Assembly: GCA_031458695.1 (NCBI GenBank)
Contig: JAVKJW010000001.1
Span: forward strand, 292,248-356,247
Direction: 5' to 3'
DNA: 64,000 bases
DNA from: Candidatus Thermofontivivens primus
GTDB lineage: Bacteria > Sysuimicrobiota > Sysuimicrobiia > Sysuimicrobiales > Thermofontiviventaceae
Position 1 is the stretch's first letter. The number at the start of each line of letters is the position of its first letter. Positions 40,088-50,456 of the stretch are shown piece by piece. Position numbers and translations under genes: made by a program. The notes below the pieces were generated by a model. The model saw nothing but the letters and a program-made list of their open reading frames with translations. It had not been told where the DNA came from and searched no databases.

Positions 40088-40996
40088 TTAGGCAGGCCCC
40101 TGGCGACTTCGGTGGACGATGGAGACACCTATGAGCACTGCTAGGCCGCCGAGGATCTGTCCAGGGGTGAGCGCCTCCCCGAGAAGTGGCACGGCGAGGA
40201 GAGCTGTGATCACGGGCTGTCCCAGCATAGTTGGCGAGACGAGGGATGCAGGCAAATGGCCGATGGCGTAGTTGATCGCCAGATAGCCCAGGACCTGCGA
40301 GACGACGCCGATAGCCAGGAAGTTCAAATAGGTGAATGTGCGGTAGCCTACGAGAGGCTGGTGAAGGACAAGGCTGAGGACGAGAAGGGCAAAGCTGGCA
40401 CTGACGGCAGAAGGCCAGAAGTACGTCAACGAATCAAGCGTCTCGCGGCCGCGCTGGGTGATGAGGAAATAGGCACCATAAAAGAAAGCGGCCAGGAGAC
40501 CGAGCAGGGATCCCAACCCAAATGTCGCGGCGCGTAGTGTATCCAGGCCTAAGACAAGCGTAGCACCACCCAACGCCAGCAGGAGGCCGCTCCAAAACAG
40601 TGCATTGAGCTTCTCCCTGAAGAAAACCATAGCGCCAAGTCCAACCCATAGAGGTGCGGTATTCGCCAACAGCGTGGGGTTGGTCGCACCGGCCATGACG
40701 ACGCCGGTTGCCCACAACGCCAGATCCCCTGCGAAGAACAACCCTCCAACGATGGCAAGCTGCAAACCCGATCGTGGCAGGCCTCCGTTCCTTCTGAACC
40801 GGCGGTAGAATGGGCCAGCCATCAGGATAACGGCAACTGCCATACGGTAGAAGCTTGTGACGATCCCCGGTGCGCGGGCCAGGCGGACAAAAATGGCCGA
40901 AAATCCCAAGCAGAGAATCGCAACGCCAAGGGCGAGGTACGCGGGCAGGAGGGAGTGGAAGTGCTTTGATCTTGCAGAGAGCAATGCAGGTTCCAT
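40088..40996 (-). CDS. DMT/EamA-family transporter
   Basis: About 10 TM helices in two EamA repeats; start uncertain. Confidence 0.85.
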   Translation of the reverse strand: MEPALLSARSKHFHSLLPAYLALGVAILCLGFSAIFVRLARAPGIVTSFYRMAVAVILMAGPFYRRFRRNGGLPRSGLQLAIVGGLFFAGDLALWATGVVMAGATNPTLLANTAPLWVGLGAMVFFREKLNALFWSGLLLALGGATLVLGLDTLRAATFGLGSLLGLLAAFFYGAYFLITQRGRETLDSLTYFWPSAVSASFALLVLSLVLHQPLVGYRTFTYLNFLAIGVVSQVLGYLAINYAIGHLPASLVSPTMLGQPVITALLAVPLLGEALTPGQILGGLAVLIGVSIVHRSRQGPA

Positions 40997-41102
40997 GTCA
41001 GACTGGTTTGTTCTCTGGATCATACACACTTCCTTCCTAGATCCAAGGTTGACCGTGGTTTGGGACTCCCATTACAATCACGAGGGATGGAGGAAGAGGG
41101 GA

Positions 41103-41711
41103 ATGGAAGATCTGCATCTGCCGGAGATGACCGCCATCGTCCTCGCTGGTGGGTTGAGCAGGCGAATGGGGCAGAACAAGGCCTTGTTGGATCTCGGAGG
41201 ACGGACCCTCATCGAGCATCTCTTTGCAAGGATTCAGGGGCTGTTCAGTGAGGTTCTCCTGGTCACCGATAGGCCAGAGGTCTATCGTTCTCTAGGGGTG
41301 AGAATCGTTCGTGACCTCTGGCCCAAGCGCCATCCCCTGGTGGGGATCTATTCTGGCCTCGCTGCGGCATCCACAGAGTACGGGTTCGTTTTTGCCTGTG
41401 ATATGCCGTTCCTGAACCGTGACCTGATCGCCTACATGATGCGTTTGGCTCCGGGATACGATGTCGTCGTGCCTCACCACGCTGGGGGTTTCGAGCCTCT
41501 CCATGCGGTGTACGGAAAGGCTTGCCTAGATCCCATCGCGCAAAGCATCTCCCACGGTGACCAGGTCACTGGGTTCTTCTCTAAGGTTCGTGTGCGCGAA
41601 GTGTCCGAAGCAGAGATCACCCGATTTGACCCAGAGATGTTGAGTTTTTCCAACCTCAATACGCCGGAAGAGTATGCCCGGGCCTTGGGACAACTGAACA
41701 TGAGGTCCTAA
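41103..41711 (+). CDS. mobA: Molybdenum cofactor guanylyltransferase
   Basis: VLAGGLSRRMGQNKA, ACDMPF, EPLHAVY, NLNTPEE. Confidence 0.92.
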   Translation: MEDLHLPEMTAIVLAGGLSRRMGQNKALLDLGGRTLIEHLFARIQGLFSEVLLVTDRPEVYRSLGVRIVRDLWPKRHPLVGIYSGLAAASTEYGFVFACDMPFLNRDLIAYMMRLAPGYDVVVPHHAGGFEPLHAVYGKACLDPIAQSISHGDQVTGFFSKVRVREVSEAEITRFDPEMLSFSNLNTPEEYARALGQLNMRS

Positions 41712-41903
41712 ACGACCTGCGCATTGAGCGATCTTTCGCGAGATTGGTGCGATTGTCTCCCTTCACATGCCTTCACAGGTTCGTTACCACGAGGGTGGTG
41801 ACATTTTCTCAAACCAGTGAGGGGCTAACATAAGTCATAGACCAATAATAGGCTGCTGGTCAAAAGGTTGACCCGCAAGGCGACGAGGGGGCAACTCGGC
41901 TCG

Positions 41904-41932
41904 TTGACAGCTAGAGGAGAGGGTGGTACACT
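41904..41932 (+). promoter_or_regulatory. Sigma70 promoter upstream of the DUF1292 leader
   Basis: TTGACA, 17-bp spacer, TACACT with extended TG. Confidence 0.75.
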
Positions 41933-42105
41933 GGTGGAGCATCTGATTGGCCTGCGAGGGCCTCAGGTTCGCGGAAGCCCAATGATCGAGGGGTAGGAGG
42001 AGGATGACGAGCACCTCCGCAGCCTTTCTTTCTGCCCCGCCGCTGATCCTAGGGGGATCAAAGGCTTCGTGGACGAGGCTTTCCGGGGCTGTGGAGGTGA
42101 CACAG

Positions 42106-42387
42106 GTGAGCACCGAAGAGCAGCGGATTATCCTCTTAGACGAGGAGGGAGAAGAGCACCACTTCGCCCTGGTTGACGTATTGGATATAGAAGATAAGAG
42201 GTACGCCGTCCTTCTTCCCTTGGAAGGAGAGGATGACACGGCCGTGGTTTTCCGGGTGGAGGGGGAGTCCCTTGTGACCATCGAAGACGAGGACGAGTTT
42301 GAGCGTGTTCTCCAGGCCCTGGAGGAGCTCGAAGAGGCAGAGGACCTGGAGGAGGAAGACGACGAGGCATCAGAGTACAAAGCCTAA
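42106..42387 (+). CDS. DUF1292-family acidic protein
   Basis: GTG after GGAGGTGA; IILLDEEGEE, YAVLLP, IEDEDEFERV; precedes mltG. Confidence 0.8.
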   Translation: MSTEEQRIILLDEEGEEHHFALVDVLDIEDKRYAVLLPLEGEDDTAVVFRVEGESLVTIEDEDEFERVLQALEELEEAEDLEEEDDEASEYKA

Positions 42388-42563
42388 CTGATATGGTTAG
42401 GTAGCCCCCTAGAGAAGCTATTCGCATGGTTTCTCTGGGACCAAGCAAAGAGGCTCCGACAAGAGTGAAGGAGCCTATGGCCGAGGGGTGCTGAGGAACT
42501 CGTAGAATCTCCAGCGGCGCACCCTATCCTCCCACAAAGGCCTTTCTGTTTGGTTGGATCACG

Positions 42564-43547
42564 ATGCGGAGGAGGGTTTTCTATCTGCTCCTGGTTCTTG
42601 CGGTGTCAGCATGGGGGATCGTGATTGCCACGAGCCCCATAGATCCCCGCGGTCAGCCCAAATCCATTGTCATTCCCCGGAACGCTTCAACTTCGCAAAT
42701 CGGGGAACTCCTGGAGCGTGAAAAACTCATCCGCCACCGCCTTTTTTTCACTGCAGCGGTGGGGATCATGAACCGGTCAGGGGACCTGAAGGCCGGGGAG
42801 TACCGTCTCTCCCCCGCCATGAGCCTCTGGGAGATTGTGGCAAGACTTGTGAAGGGGGAGGCACTCCTGCACAGCGTGACGATCCCGGAGGGATTTACGG
42901 CCTCTCAGATCGCTGCTCTGCTGGAGGAACGGGGGTTGGCCAAGAGGGAGAGGTTCCTTGCGCTTGTTTTTGAGCCAAGCCGTTTCCCCTTCTCCTTTCT
43001 CGCCGGTGCAAGGAGCCTGGAGGGCTACCTTTTCCCCGACACGTACCTGCTTCCACGCGGCGTGCGGGAAGAGGCGATCATCCAAAGGATGCTCCAGCGG
43101 TTCGATGAGGTCGTTTCGCAGGAGATGCGGGAGCGTGCGAAAGCCCTCGGCTTAAGCCTTCACCAGATCGTCACGATTGCCTCGATGATCGAGCGGGAAG
43201 CGAAGCGGCCAGAGGAACGCCCCCTTATCGCGCAAGTGATCTACAATCGCCTCAAGCGGGGAATGCGCCTGGAGATCGATGCGACGGTCCTCTATGCTCT
43301 TGGCCACCACAAGGAGCGTCTGGATCTCAGGGACCTTGACGTGGAATCCCCCTACAACACCTACCGCCATCCAGGCCTTCCCCCGGGCCCCATCGCTAAT
43401 CCAGGGCTCGATAGCATCCGGGCTGCGCTCTATCCTGCGAACGCAGACTATCTTTACTACGTGGCCAAACCCGATGGTTCGCACGTGTTCAGCAGAACCT
43501 ACCAGGAACACCTTGAGGCCCAACGCAGGATCCAGCGGGGTCGGTAA
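42564..43547 (+). CDS. mltG: Endolytic transglycosylase MltG
   Basis: TIPEG, LEGYLFPDTY, IASMIERE, SPYNTY, GLPPGPI. Confidence 0.95.
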   Translation: MRRRVFYLLLVLAVSAWGIVIATSPIDPRGQPKSIVIPRNASTSQIGELLEREKLIRHRLFFTAAVGIMNRSGDLKAGEYRLSPAMSLWEIVARLVKGEALLHSVTIPEGFTASQIAALLEERGLAKRERFLALVFEPSRFPFSFLAGARSLEGYLFPDTYLLPRGVREEAIIQRMLQRFDEVVSQEMRERAKALGLSLHQIVTIASMIEREAKRPEERPLIAQVIYNRLKRGMRLEIDATVLYALGHHKERLDLRDLDVESPYNTYRHPGLPPGPIANPGLDSIRAALYPANADYLYYVAKPDGSHVFSRTYQEHLEAQRRIQRGR

Positions 43548-43549
43548 GG

Positions 43550-44062
43550 ATGATCCGCCTCCTCACCCCCAAGCGCATTGTCGACTCCATCTATGACATT
43601 GACCTGGAGGAACTCAAGAGAAGAGGAATCGAAGCTCTCCTCCTGGACCTCGACAACACATTGGTTCCCTGGGGTTTCTGGGATGTTTCTCCGGAGGTTC
43701 AGGAGTGGGTCGCCAGGATAAAGGCGCATGGGATGCGGGCTTGTATCGTCTCGAACGACTTTTCTCCTCGTGTGTTCGCAGTTGCGCACCATCTTGGGAT
43801 TCCCGCCGTCGCGGGAGCGAAGAAGCCCACCAGGGGAGCCATCCGGAGGGCTCTCCAGATCCTTCAGGTGCCGCCTACCCGAGCAGCGATGGTGGGGGAC
43901 CAGCTTTTTACGGATATCCTGGCGGGGAACCTCCTCGGCCTCTATACCGTACTCGTCACTCCCCTCAGCCCCCACGAGTTCCTCACCACGAAGGCGGTGC
44001 GTCTGGTAGAGAGGCTCGTGATGCCTTGGGTCAAGGGCCAGCCGGGAACCCCTGAATCCTGA
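43550..44062 (+). CDS. YqeG-family HAD IIIA phosphatase
   Basis: DLDNTL, VSN, AKKP, VGDQLFTD. Confidence 0.9.
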   Translation: MIRLLTPKRIVDSIYDIDLEELKRRGIEALLLDLDNTLVPWGFWDVSPEVQEWVARIKAHGMRACIVSNDFSPRVFAVAHHLGIPAVAGAKKPTRGAIRRALQILQVPPTRAAMVGDQLFTDILAGNLLGLYTVLVTPLSPHEFLTTKAVRLVERLVMPWVKGQPGTPES

Positions 44063-44102
44063 TAGCAAGGATCTTTGCCCTAGAGCCGCGAATGAGAAGA
44101 AT

Positions 44103-45686
44103 ATGCCCACGAACGCTGAGGCCATCGCCACGGTTCTCAGGAGAGAAGGCGTGGAATACGTCTTCGGCCTTCCAGGCGGAGAGGTGGTGAGTTTCCTCGA
44201 TGCTCTCCGGCGGGAGGGCGTCCGGTTCTACCTCACCGGACACGAGGCAAGCGCGGCCTTCATGGCAGATGTAACAGGGCAGATCACCGGGATCCCGGGG
44301 GTGTGCGTTGCGACCCTCGGGCCCGGAGCCGTGAACCTCCTCCTCGGCCTCGCAAACGCCTCTCTGGACAGATCCCCAGTCCTGGCATTCACTGCGCAGC
44401 TTTCCACCACCGTTGAGAGGGACCTTCCACACCAGCGTCTGCCTCTCACGCGCATCTTCGGATCCATCTGCAAGTCCAGCTACGTTGTCGATGGGAAGGG
44501 GACTTATGAGTTGGTCGAGCGCTGCTTCCGCCTGGCCACGACCCCGCCCTATGGCCCCGTGCACATTGCTCTTCCCAGCGATCTTGCCGTATCACAAGTG
44601 GAACCGGGGGAAGCCTCCTTGGGAGAGGAATCCAACCCTCTTCCAAGCGAGGGAGATGTTCTCAACGAAATTGGTGTCATGCTCCGGGAAGCCAGACGGC
44701 CACTTTTGATCGTCGGATTGGGATGTTTGCCGCGAGATGTTCCTGTAGTGCGGCGTTTCGTGGAAGAAACAGGGATCCCCTTCGTGGTAACGCCGAAGGC
44801 GAAGGGCGTATTGCCTGAGAATGTCCCTGGCTTCCTGGGTGTTGTCGGAGGGATGGCTCTGGACCGTGTGGTGTTGGAGATCCTGGATGAGGCAGATTTT
44901 CTCTTGGGCGTGGGGTTCGATCCGGTAGAGTGCGACAAACCTTGGTACGTCGGAAGGAGCGTGGCCAACCTTTCACGCTGGCCGACGGCCGAGGGAGCCT
45001 ATAGGCCGGTGGAGCACATTGGCGATCCGGGGGAGAGCCTAGAGATCCTTCGACGCAGTGCCTCGGTAGCACCGTGGCCTTCCGGACTCGTTGCGGAGCT
45101 TCGCGCACGCCTGCGCCCAAAGCCTCTCTCCTCTGGCTTGGGCCTGAGCCCCCTGGAGGTCATCCGATCCCTGCGGGAGGTGTTACCACTGGAGACGGTG
45201 CTCGCCTGCGACGTAGGGTCGCACAAGTTCTTTGCGGCCCAGTTCTGGGAAAGCTACCAGCCTCAGACCTTCTTCACTTCCAATGGGCTCTCCGCGATGG
45301 GATACGGCCTCCCTGCTGCGATTGCCGCGAGGCTTTGCTTTCCCGAAAGACCTGTCGTCGCCCTGGTGGGAGATGGGGGCTTTTTGATGATGCTCCACAA
45401 CCTCGTCTTTCTCCGGCAGTATCATATCCCCGTTATCGTGGTCTGCCTAGTGGATGGGAGCCTGAGCTTGATCCGCGTGAGCCAGCAAAGGCGAGGGTTA
45501 GAGCCCTATGGTGTGGACTTCCCAGCTCCCGATTTCGCCAGGATCGCCGAAGGATTCGGCCTGCGGGGGGTTAGGGTGGACTCCATCGATCGCCTGAGGC
45601 GAGAGGTGGAGGAGGCCGTGCGATCCCGGCAGCCTTCGGTGCTCCATGTTCCGGTGGATCTCGCGGAGTATGAAGCATACGATTGA
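44103..45686 (+). CDS. Thiamine-diphosphate-dependent enzyme (acetolactate synthase-like fold)
   Basis: FGLPGGE, HEASAAFMA, TLGPGA, GDGGF. Confidence 0.85.
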   Translation: MPTNAEAIATVLRREGVEYVFGLPGGEVVSFLDALRREGVRFYLTGHEASAAFMADVTGQITGIPGVCVATLGPGAVNLLLGLANASLDRSPVLAFTAQLSTTVERDLPHQRLPLTRIFGSICKSSYVVDGKGTYELVERCFRLATTPPYGPVHIALPSDLAVSQVEPGEASLGEESNPLPSEGDVLNEIGVMLREARRPLLIVGLGCLPRDVPVVRRFVEETGIPFVVTPKAKGVLPENVPGFLGVVGGMALDRVVLEILDEADFLLGVGFDPVECDKPWYVGRSVANLSRWPTAEGAYRPVEHIGDPGESLEILRRSASVAPWPSGLVAELRARLRPKPLSSGLGLSPLEVIRSLREVLPLETVLACDVGSHKFFAAQFWESYQPQTFFTSNGLSAMGYGLPAAIAARLCFPERPVVALVGDGGFLMMLHNLVFLRQYHIPVIVVCLVDGSLSLIRVSQQRRGLEPYGVDFPAPDFARIAEGFGLRGVRVDSIDRLRREVEEAVRSRQPSVLHVPVDLAEYEAYD

Positions 45687-45724
45687 TCTCATCCTGTCCA
45701 GGTTCTGCTCGGTGAGGTGACTCG

Positions 45725-46876
45725 ATGCGCACAGCGGATATTCTCATCGTCGGCGGGGGTGTGATCGGGTGCAGCATCGCCTATCACCTGCTGCGCCGCG
45801 ACCGCAGCCTTCGCGTAGTCCTCCTGGAGAAGGAAGAAATGGTGGGGATGGGGTCTACGGCCAGGGCGACTGGGGGTATCCGCCACCAGTTCTCCAGCCC
45901 GGCCAACATCCGACTCACCCAGCTCAGCCTTCCTTTCTACATGCAGTTCGAGGAGGAAACAGGGTACTCCGTGCACTTCCGCCCCCATGGCTACCTCTTC
46001 CTTACAACCCATGCACAAGTTTTGGAGGAGTTCCGCCGGAACGTAGATCTCCAGAATTCCCTGGGTGTGCCGAGCCGCATCGTCACCCCTGCCGAGGCGG
46101 CGAAGCTCGTCCCAGGCCTCCGGGCAGAAGATTTGGTAGGCGGGAGCTTCTGCGACCGAGATGGAACCGCCGAGCCAGCTGCGGCAGTCCAAGGGTTTGC
46201 GACGAGGGCACAGTCGTGGGGGTTGGAGATCCTCACGCAGCAGCAGGTGGTTGCCTTGTTGCGAGAAGGGGATCGTATCGTCGGCGCGCGCACACAGAAA
46301 GAGACCTTCCAAGCTCCCGTCGTGGTCATCGCAGCAGGCGCGCACTCTTCGCAAATTACTGCGACAGCGGGGCTAGAGATCCCCGTCCACGCCTATCGTC
46401 GCCAGGTGAGCGTGGTTGCCCCCATCCCCGAGCTAGATGTGGAGATCCCGCTGACGGTAGATATGGACACAGGGTTCTACATCCACCGGATGGGCCATAG
46501 CGGTCTGCTCCTGGGAGGGACGGACAAAGACAGCCGACCAGGGTTTTCCCTGGACGTCGACTGGGAAGGTCTCGACAGGTTGCTTGCTGCCGGGTGCTGG
46601 CGCATCCCTCTTCTTGAGAAAGCGAAGGTCGTGCGTACCTATGTGGGGTTACGGGCACTCACGCCTGATCATCACCCGATCTTGGGAAGGGTCGAGGCGC
46701 TGGAGGGCTTGGTCCTCGCCTGCGGGGACAGCGGCCACGGATTCATGCATGCCCCAGCGATCGGGCTGTTGGTTAGTGAGGAGATCCTCGATGGCCGGGC
46801 TAAAACCATGGATCTTTCCCCATTCCGGCTGGAGAGGTTTGGCCTAGGAGTCCAGGAGGAGGCACAGGTCTTCTAA
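45725..46876 (+). CDS. FAD-dependent amine/amino acid oxidoreductase (DAO / sarcosine oxidase beta family)
   Basis: IVGGGVIG, GSTARATGGIRHQFS, TPDHHPILG, SGHGFMHAP. Confidence 0.88.
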   Translation: MRTADILIVGGGVIGCSIAYHLLRRDRSLRVVLLEKEEMVGMGSTARATGGIRHQFSSPANIRLTQLSLPFYMQFEEETGYSVHFRPHGYLFLTTHAQVLEEFRRNVDLQNSLGVPSRIVTPAEAAKLVPGLRAEDLVGGSFCDRDGTAEPAAAVQGFATRAQSWGLEILTQQQVVALLREGDRIVGARTQKETFQAPVVVIAAGAHSSQITATAGLEIPVHAYRRQVSVVAPIPELDVEIPLTVDMDTGFYIHRMGHSGLLLGGTDKDSRPGFSLDVDWEGLDRLLAAGCWRIPLLEKAKVVRTYVGLRALTPDHHPILGRVEALEGLVLACGDSGHGFMHAPAIGLLVSEEILDGRAKTMDLSPFRLERFGLGVQEEAQVF

Positions 46877-46888
46877 GGGGCAGGTACG

Positions 46889-47629
46889 ATGGCGCAGGAA
46901 GTGTTGCTCGAACTACGGGGAGTGACCAAGCGGTTTGGCGGGGTAGTCGCCGTAGACAATGTGACGGCGAGCATCGCCAAGGGGGAGATGCGCGCGCTGA
47001 TCGGTCCGAATGGTTCTGGGAAGACCACCCTCCTCAACCTCATATCCGGCCTTTATCCTCCCGACAGCGGAGCGATCGTTCTAGAAGGCCGACGTATTGA
47101 CCCGCTTCCTCCTCACGAGATCGCTGCACTAGGGGTTGCCCGAACCTTCCAAATCCCCAAGGTCTTCCGAAGTATGACGGTGAAGGAGAACCTCCTGACG
47201 GCAGGCGCCGCTGATCACCGAAAGGAATCTCTCACAGAGGTCTTAGCGCGGGCAGAGTGGGTTCTGCGCCTGACGATGCTGGAAGCCCTTGCCGATGCGC
47301 CAGCGTCTACCCTTTCAGGGGGGCAGACGGTCCTCCTGCAACTCGGGCGGGGGTTGATGCAGGATCCCCTTCGCCTGTTCCTCCTCGACGAGCCTTTCGC
47401 GGGTGTCCACCCAGCTTTGAAAGAGCAGATCATCGGGGTCATCCAAAAAATCTATGCAGAACTTGGGGTTACGATCCTGCTGGTAAGCCATGAGATGCCA
47501 ACGGTTCGGATGCTCTGCCATCGTGTCTCCGTCATGTCGGAAGGGAAGTGGATCGCAGAGGGGACCCTTGAGGAGGTGGCGCGGGAGCCAGGGGTGATAG
47601 AGGCCTACCTCGGCCGGGCGGTGGTGTGA
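46889..47629 (+). CDS. HAAT ABC ATPase (LivG-like)
   Basis: GPNGSGKT, LSGGQ, LLDEP. Confidence 0.88.
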   Translation: MAQEVLLELRGVTKRFGGVVAVDNVTASIAKGEMRALIGPNGSGKTTLLNLISGLYPPDSGAIVLEGRRIDPLPPHEIAALGVARTFQIPKVFRSMTVKENLLTAGAADHRKESLTEVLARAEWVLRLTMLEALADAPASTLSGGQTVLLQLGRGLMQDPLRLFLLDEPFAGVHPALKEQIIGVIQKIYAELGVTILLVSHEMPTVRMLCHRVSVMSEGKWIAEGTLEEVAREPGVIEAYLGRAVV

Positions 47630-48345
47630 TGCTTCGTGTGGAAAATGTCGTTGCAGGTTACCAGGAAGGGATCGATGTCCTCACCGGCGTCACCCTAGAA
47701 GCTCCCACCGGACAGATCACAGCGGTCATCGGCCCCAACGGAGCAGGCAAATCCACCCTGCTCAGAACGATTTTCGGGCTCCTCACCCCGCGCAGTGGGC
47801 GGATTCTCTTCCAAGGCGAGCCGATCCAGGGACTTCCATCTCACCTCCTCAAGCAGCGAGGGATCGGGTATGTGCCGCAGTCAGCGACCACTTTTCCTCA
47901 TCTCACGGTGGAGGAGAATCTCCTCCTTGGGTGCTGGCTGGTGCGCCAGGACCGGCATTTTGTCCGTGAGAGGCTGGAGTGGGCGTATGCGATGTTTCCT
48001 GCCCTGGCTCATCGGCGACGGCAGCGGGCGACCGTTCTCAGCGGGGGAATGCTCCGGATGCTCACCCTTGCCAAGGAGATGGTCGTCCAGCCTGCCCTGC
48101 TCTTGGTGGACGAGCCGACGACAGGCCTTGCGCCCAAGGTCGCCGCTGAGGTGTACGATTTTCTCGCCACGGTTCCCTCCCTTGGGACCACGGTCCTCCT
48201 TGTGGACCAGAACATTGCCAGCGCGGTGCAGATTGCACGTACCGTGTACTTACTGGAGATGGGCCAAGTTCGGCTCCACGGCCCCCAGGAGGTATTCACC
48301 CGCAACCTCCGGGAGATCGTCCAGAGGACGCTGATTGGGACTTAG
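47626..48345 (+). CDS. HAAT ABC ATPase (LivF-like)
   Basis: GPNGAGKS, LSGG, DEPTTGLAP. Confidence 0.88.
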   Translation: MMLRVENVVAGYQEGIDVLTGVTLEAPTGQITAVIGPNGAGKSTLLRTIFGLLTPRSGRILFQGEPIQGLPSHLLKQRGIGYVPQSATTFPHLTVEENLLLGCWLVRQDRHFVRERLEWAYAMFPALAHRRRQRATVLSGGMLRMLTLAKEMVVQPALLLVDEPTTGLAPKVAAEVYDFLATVPSLGTTVLLVDQNIASAVQIARTVYLLEMGQVRLHGPQEVFTRNLREIVQRTLIGT

Positions 48346-48356
48346 GAGGTGGAGAG

Positions 48357-49088
48357 GTGCAGCCGTTGTTAGGGGTTTTGCTGCTTGACACGAGGTTCCC
48401 CCGGATCCCCGGAGACATCGGGAACGAGGCCTCCTATCCTTATCCTATCCGTTTCCGGGTGATTCGCGGGGCGACAGTACCGCGGGTCGTGACCCGCGAT
48501 CTCGACCGCAGCCTTCTCGATCCATTCCTCGAAGGCGCCAGGGAGCTAGAGCGAGAAGGAGTCCGCGCCATCACCACGAGCTGTGGGTTCCTCGTTCTCT
48601 TCCAGGACGAGATTGCAAGGGAGCTCCGCGTGCCCTTCTTCGCTTCCTCTCTGCTGCAGATCCCCCTGGTGTACCGGATGATCCAGAGGCCTGTTGGTGT
48701 GATCACGGCAAACGCCGCTGCTCTCACCCCAGACCACCTTCGGGCCGCTGGGGTCGATGCCTCGATCCCCGTTCTGATCGGTGGGTTGGAAGAGCGCGAG
48801 GCCTTTGCATCGGCAATCCTCCGCGATGGCCCGGAACTCGATGCGATGGCCGTGGAGAGGGAGGTGGTGGAGACTGCCTGGGCACTCCTTGAGAGGAACC
48901 CGGAGATCGGTGCCTTTGTCTGCGAATGTCACAACCTCGCGCCCTATGGTCCTGCCATCCAGCGCACAACGGGCAGGCCCGTTTTTGACATCTTCTCCCT
49001 TATCGCCCTTGTCAGCCAGGCGGTTGCGAAGCCGGTATTTCGGGGTAGCCAGCAACAGCCACAAGACTTTTGCTGGGGCGCATCGTAA
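48357..49088 (+). CDS. Asp/Glu/hydantoin racemase-superfamily protein
   Basis: FPRIPGDIGN; paired Cys motifs TTSCGF and ECHNL. Confidence 0.75.
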   Translation: MQPLLGVLLLDTRFPRIPGDIGNEASYPYPIRFRVIRGATVPRVVTRDLDRSLLDPFLEGARELEREGVRAITTSCGFLVLFQDEIARELRVPFFASSLLQIPLVYRMIQRPVGVITANAAALTPDHLRAAGVDASIPVLIGGLEEREAFASAILRDGPELDAMAVEREVVETAWALLERNPEIGAFVCECHNLAPYGPAIQRTTGRPVFDIFSLIALVSQAVAKPVFRGSQQQPQDFCWGAS

Positions 49089-49187
49089 AAAACCGTGGTC
49101 CCCAGCGAATCTTGTCAAAAGATTTCGCGGGAACTACGTCGAATGGCAAAACGCAGGGAAAACGAGGCTCCTAGGGGGTGTGAAGCT

Positions 49188-50411
49188 ATGCACAACGTGC
49201 GCTGGTGTGCGCTCGTGGCGGTACTCCTGCTCTTAGCCCTCCCGGGCACAAGCATCGGGCAGGAAGCGATTGTGAAGATTGGCGTCCTCACACCGCTCTC
49301 CCCACCCGGCGATCCCGCTGCAGGCCAGCTCATCTCCCGCGGTGCAGCTATGGGCGCCGCCTACGTGAACTCTGTGATGGGGGGTGTCCTTGGCGAGGCC
49401 TGCAAGAAGCCTTCAGCGCGGGTGACGGTGATCGTGGAGGACGACGCGGGAACGCCGGAGAAGGGCCTGGCCGGCTTCCGTAAACTGGCTACCCGGGACA
49501 GGGTCGTAGCCGTGATCGGGCAGTTCCATAGCTCGGTGATGCTTGCCGTCCAGCCCCTCGCAGAGGAGCTCAAGATCCCCTTCTTCTCCACCCAAGCCTC
49601 GGCCGCGGCTATTACTGCCAGGCACCTCTTGTACACCTTCCGGACTCATGCCATCGACCCTGACCGCGCGCGGGCATGGATGGATTTCATCCAGCGGTTT
49701 GGATTCAAGAAGGTGGCGATGATCGCCGAGAACACCGACTACGGCGTCGGCCTCATAGAAGAGACCAAGAAGCTCAACGCTACCCAGAAGACACCGGTCC
49801 AGCTGGAAACGGTGATCTTTGACAGGGGGACCACGGACTTCACCCCTCTTCTCCTGAAGATCAAGGCTTTACGTCCCGATCTCGTGATCAACGTCGGGGT
49901 AGGGACACCGGCCTACCTGATCATCAAACAGGCACACGACATTGGTCTCTTTCCTGAGGTGCCCATGCTGGGTTCATATGATTTCCCCATCCGTCCGGAG
50001 TTCTGGCAGAACCTCGGGTCTGTGGGGAACTACTTCGCCTTCATCTCCTACTACCACCCGGCCATGCCCCTGACGGATCTGGGGAAGTGGTTCAAGGAGC
50101 GGTATGAGACCCGCTACAAGGAGCCTGCGGTTTACTCGGCGTTCAACGCCTTCGGGCAGATCGCCATTATCGCCCAGGCCATGAACAAAGCGTGCTCCAC
50201 GGAAGGACCTGCTCTCGTCCAGGCTCTAGAGACTGGTAAGTTCCTCAACTGGAATGGGACCGTGACATTCCCGAGGGGAGAGGGGCCTTATTGGCACCAG
50301 GCGTCTCCGCCTCTTGTGATCCTGCAGTATACGGCCGTCAACCAGCGCTACGGAGATGCCACGATCCTCTGGCCGCCGAAGATGAGGACAGGAAACCTAA
50401 AGAGGCCTTAA
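49188..50411 (+). CDS. HAAT ABC substrate-binding protein
   Basis: Signal peptide; KIGVLTPLS, GQFHSSV, ENTDYG. Confidence 0.87.
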   Translation: MHNVRWCALVAVLLLLALPGTSIGQEAIVKIGVLTPLSPPGDPAAGQLISRGAAMGAAYVNSVMGGVLGEACKKPSARVTVIVEDDAGTPEKGLAGFRKLATRDRVVAVIGQFHSSVMLAVQPLAEELKIPFFSTQASAAAITARHLLYTFRTHAIDPDRARAWMDFIQRFGFKKVAMIAENTDYGVGLIEETKKLNATQKTPVQLETVIFDRGTTDFTPLLLKIKALRPDLVINVGVGTPAYLIIKQAHDIGLFPEVPMLGSYDFPIRPEFWQNLGSVGNYFAFISYYHPAMPLTDLGKWFKERYETRYKEPAVYSAFNAFGQIAIIAQAMNKACSTEGPALVQALETGKFLNWNGTVTFPRGEGPYWHQASPPLVILQYTAVNQRYGDATILWPPKMRTGNLKRP

Positions 50412-50456
50412 AGCGTCTCCGCAGAAGCCAAAAAAGTTTTGTCTGGAACGCAGAGC

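Noticed and set aside
41712..41900. Small hairpins after mobA as a Moco riboswitch or 6S RNA
   Set aside because: Wrong position for a mobA leader and no consensus match.
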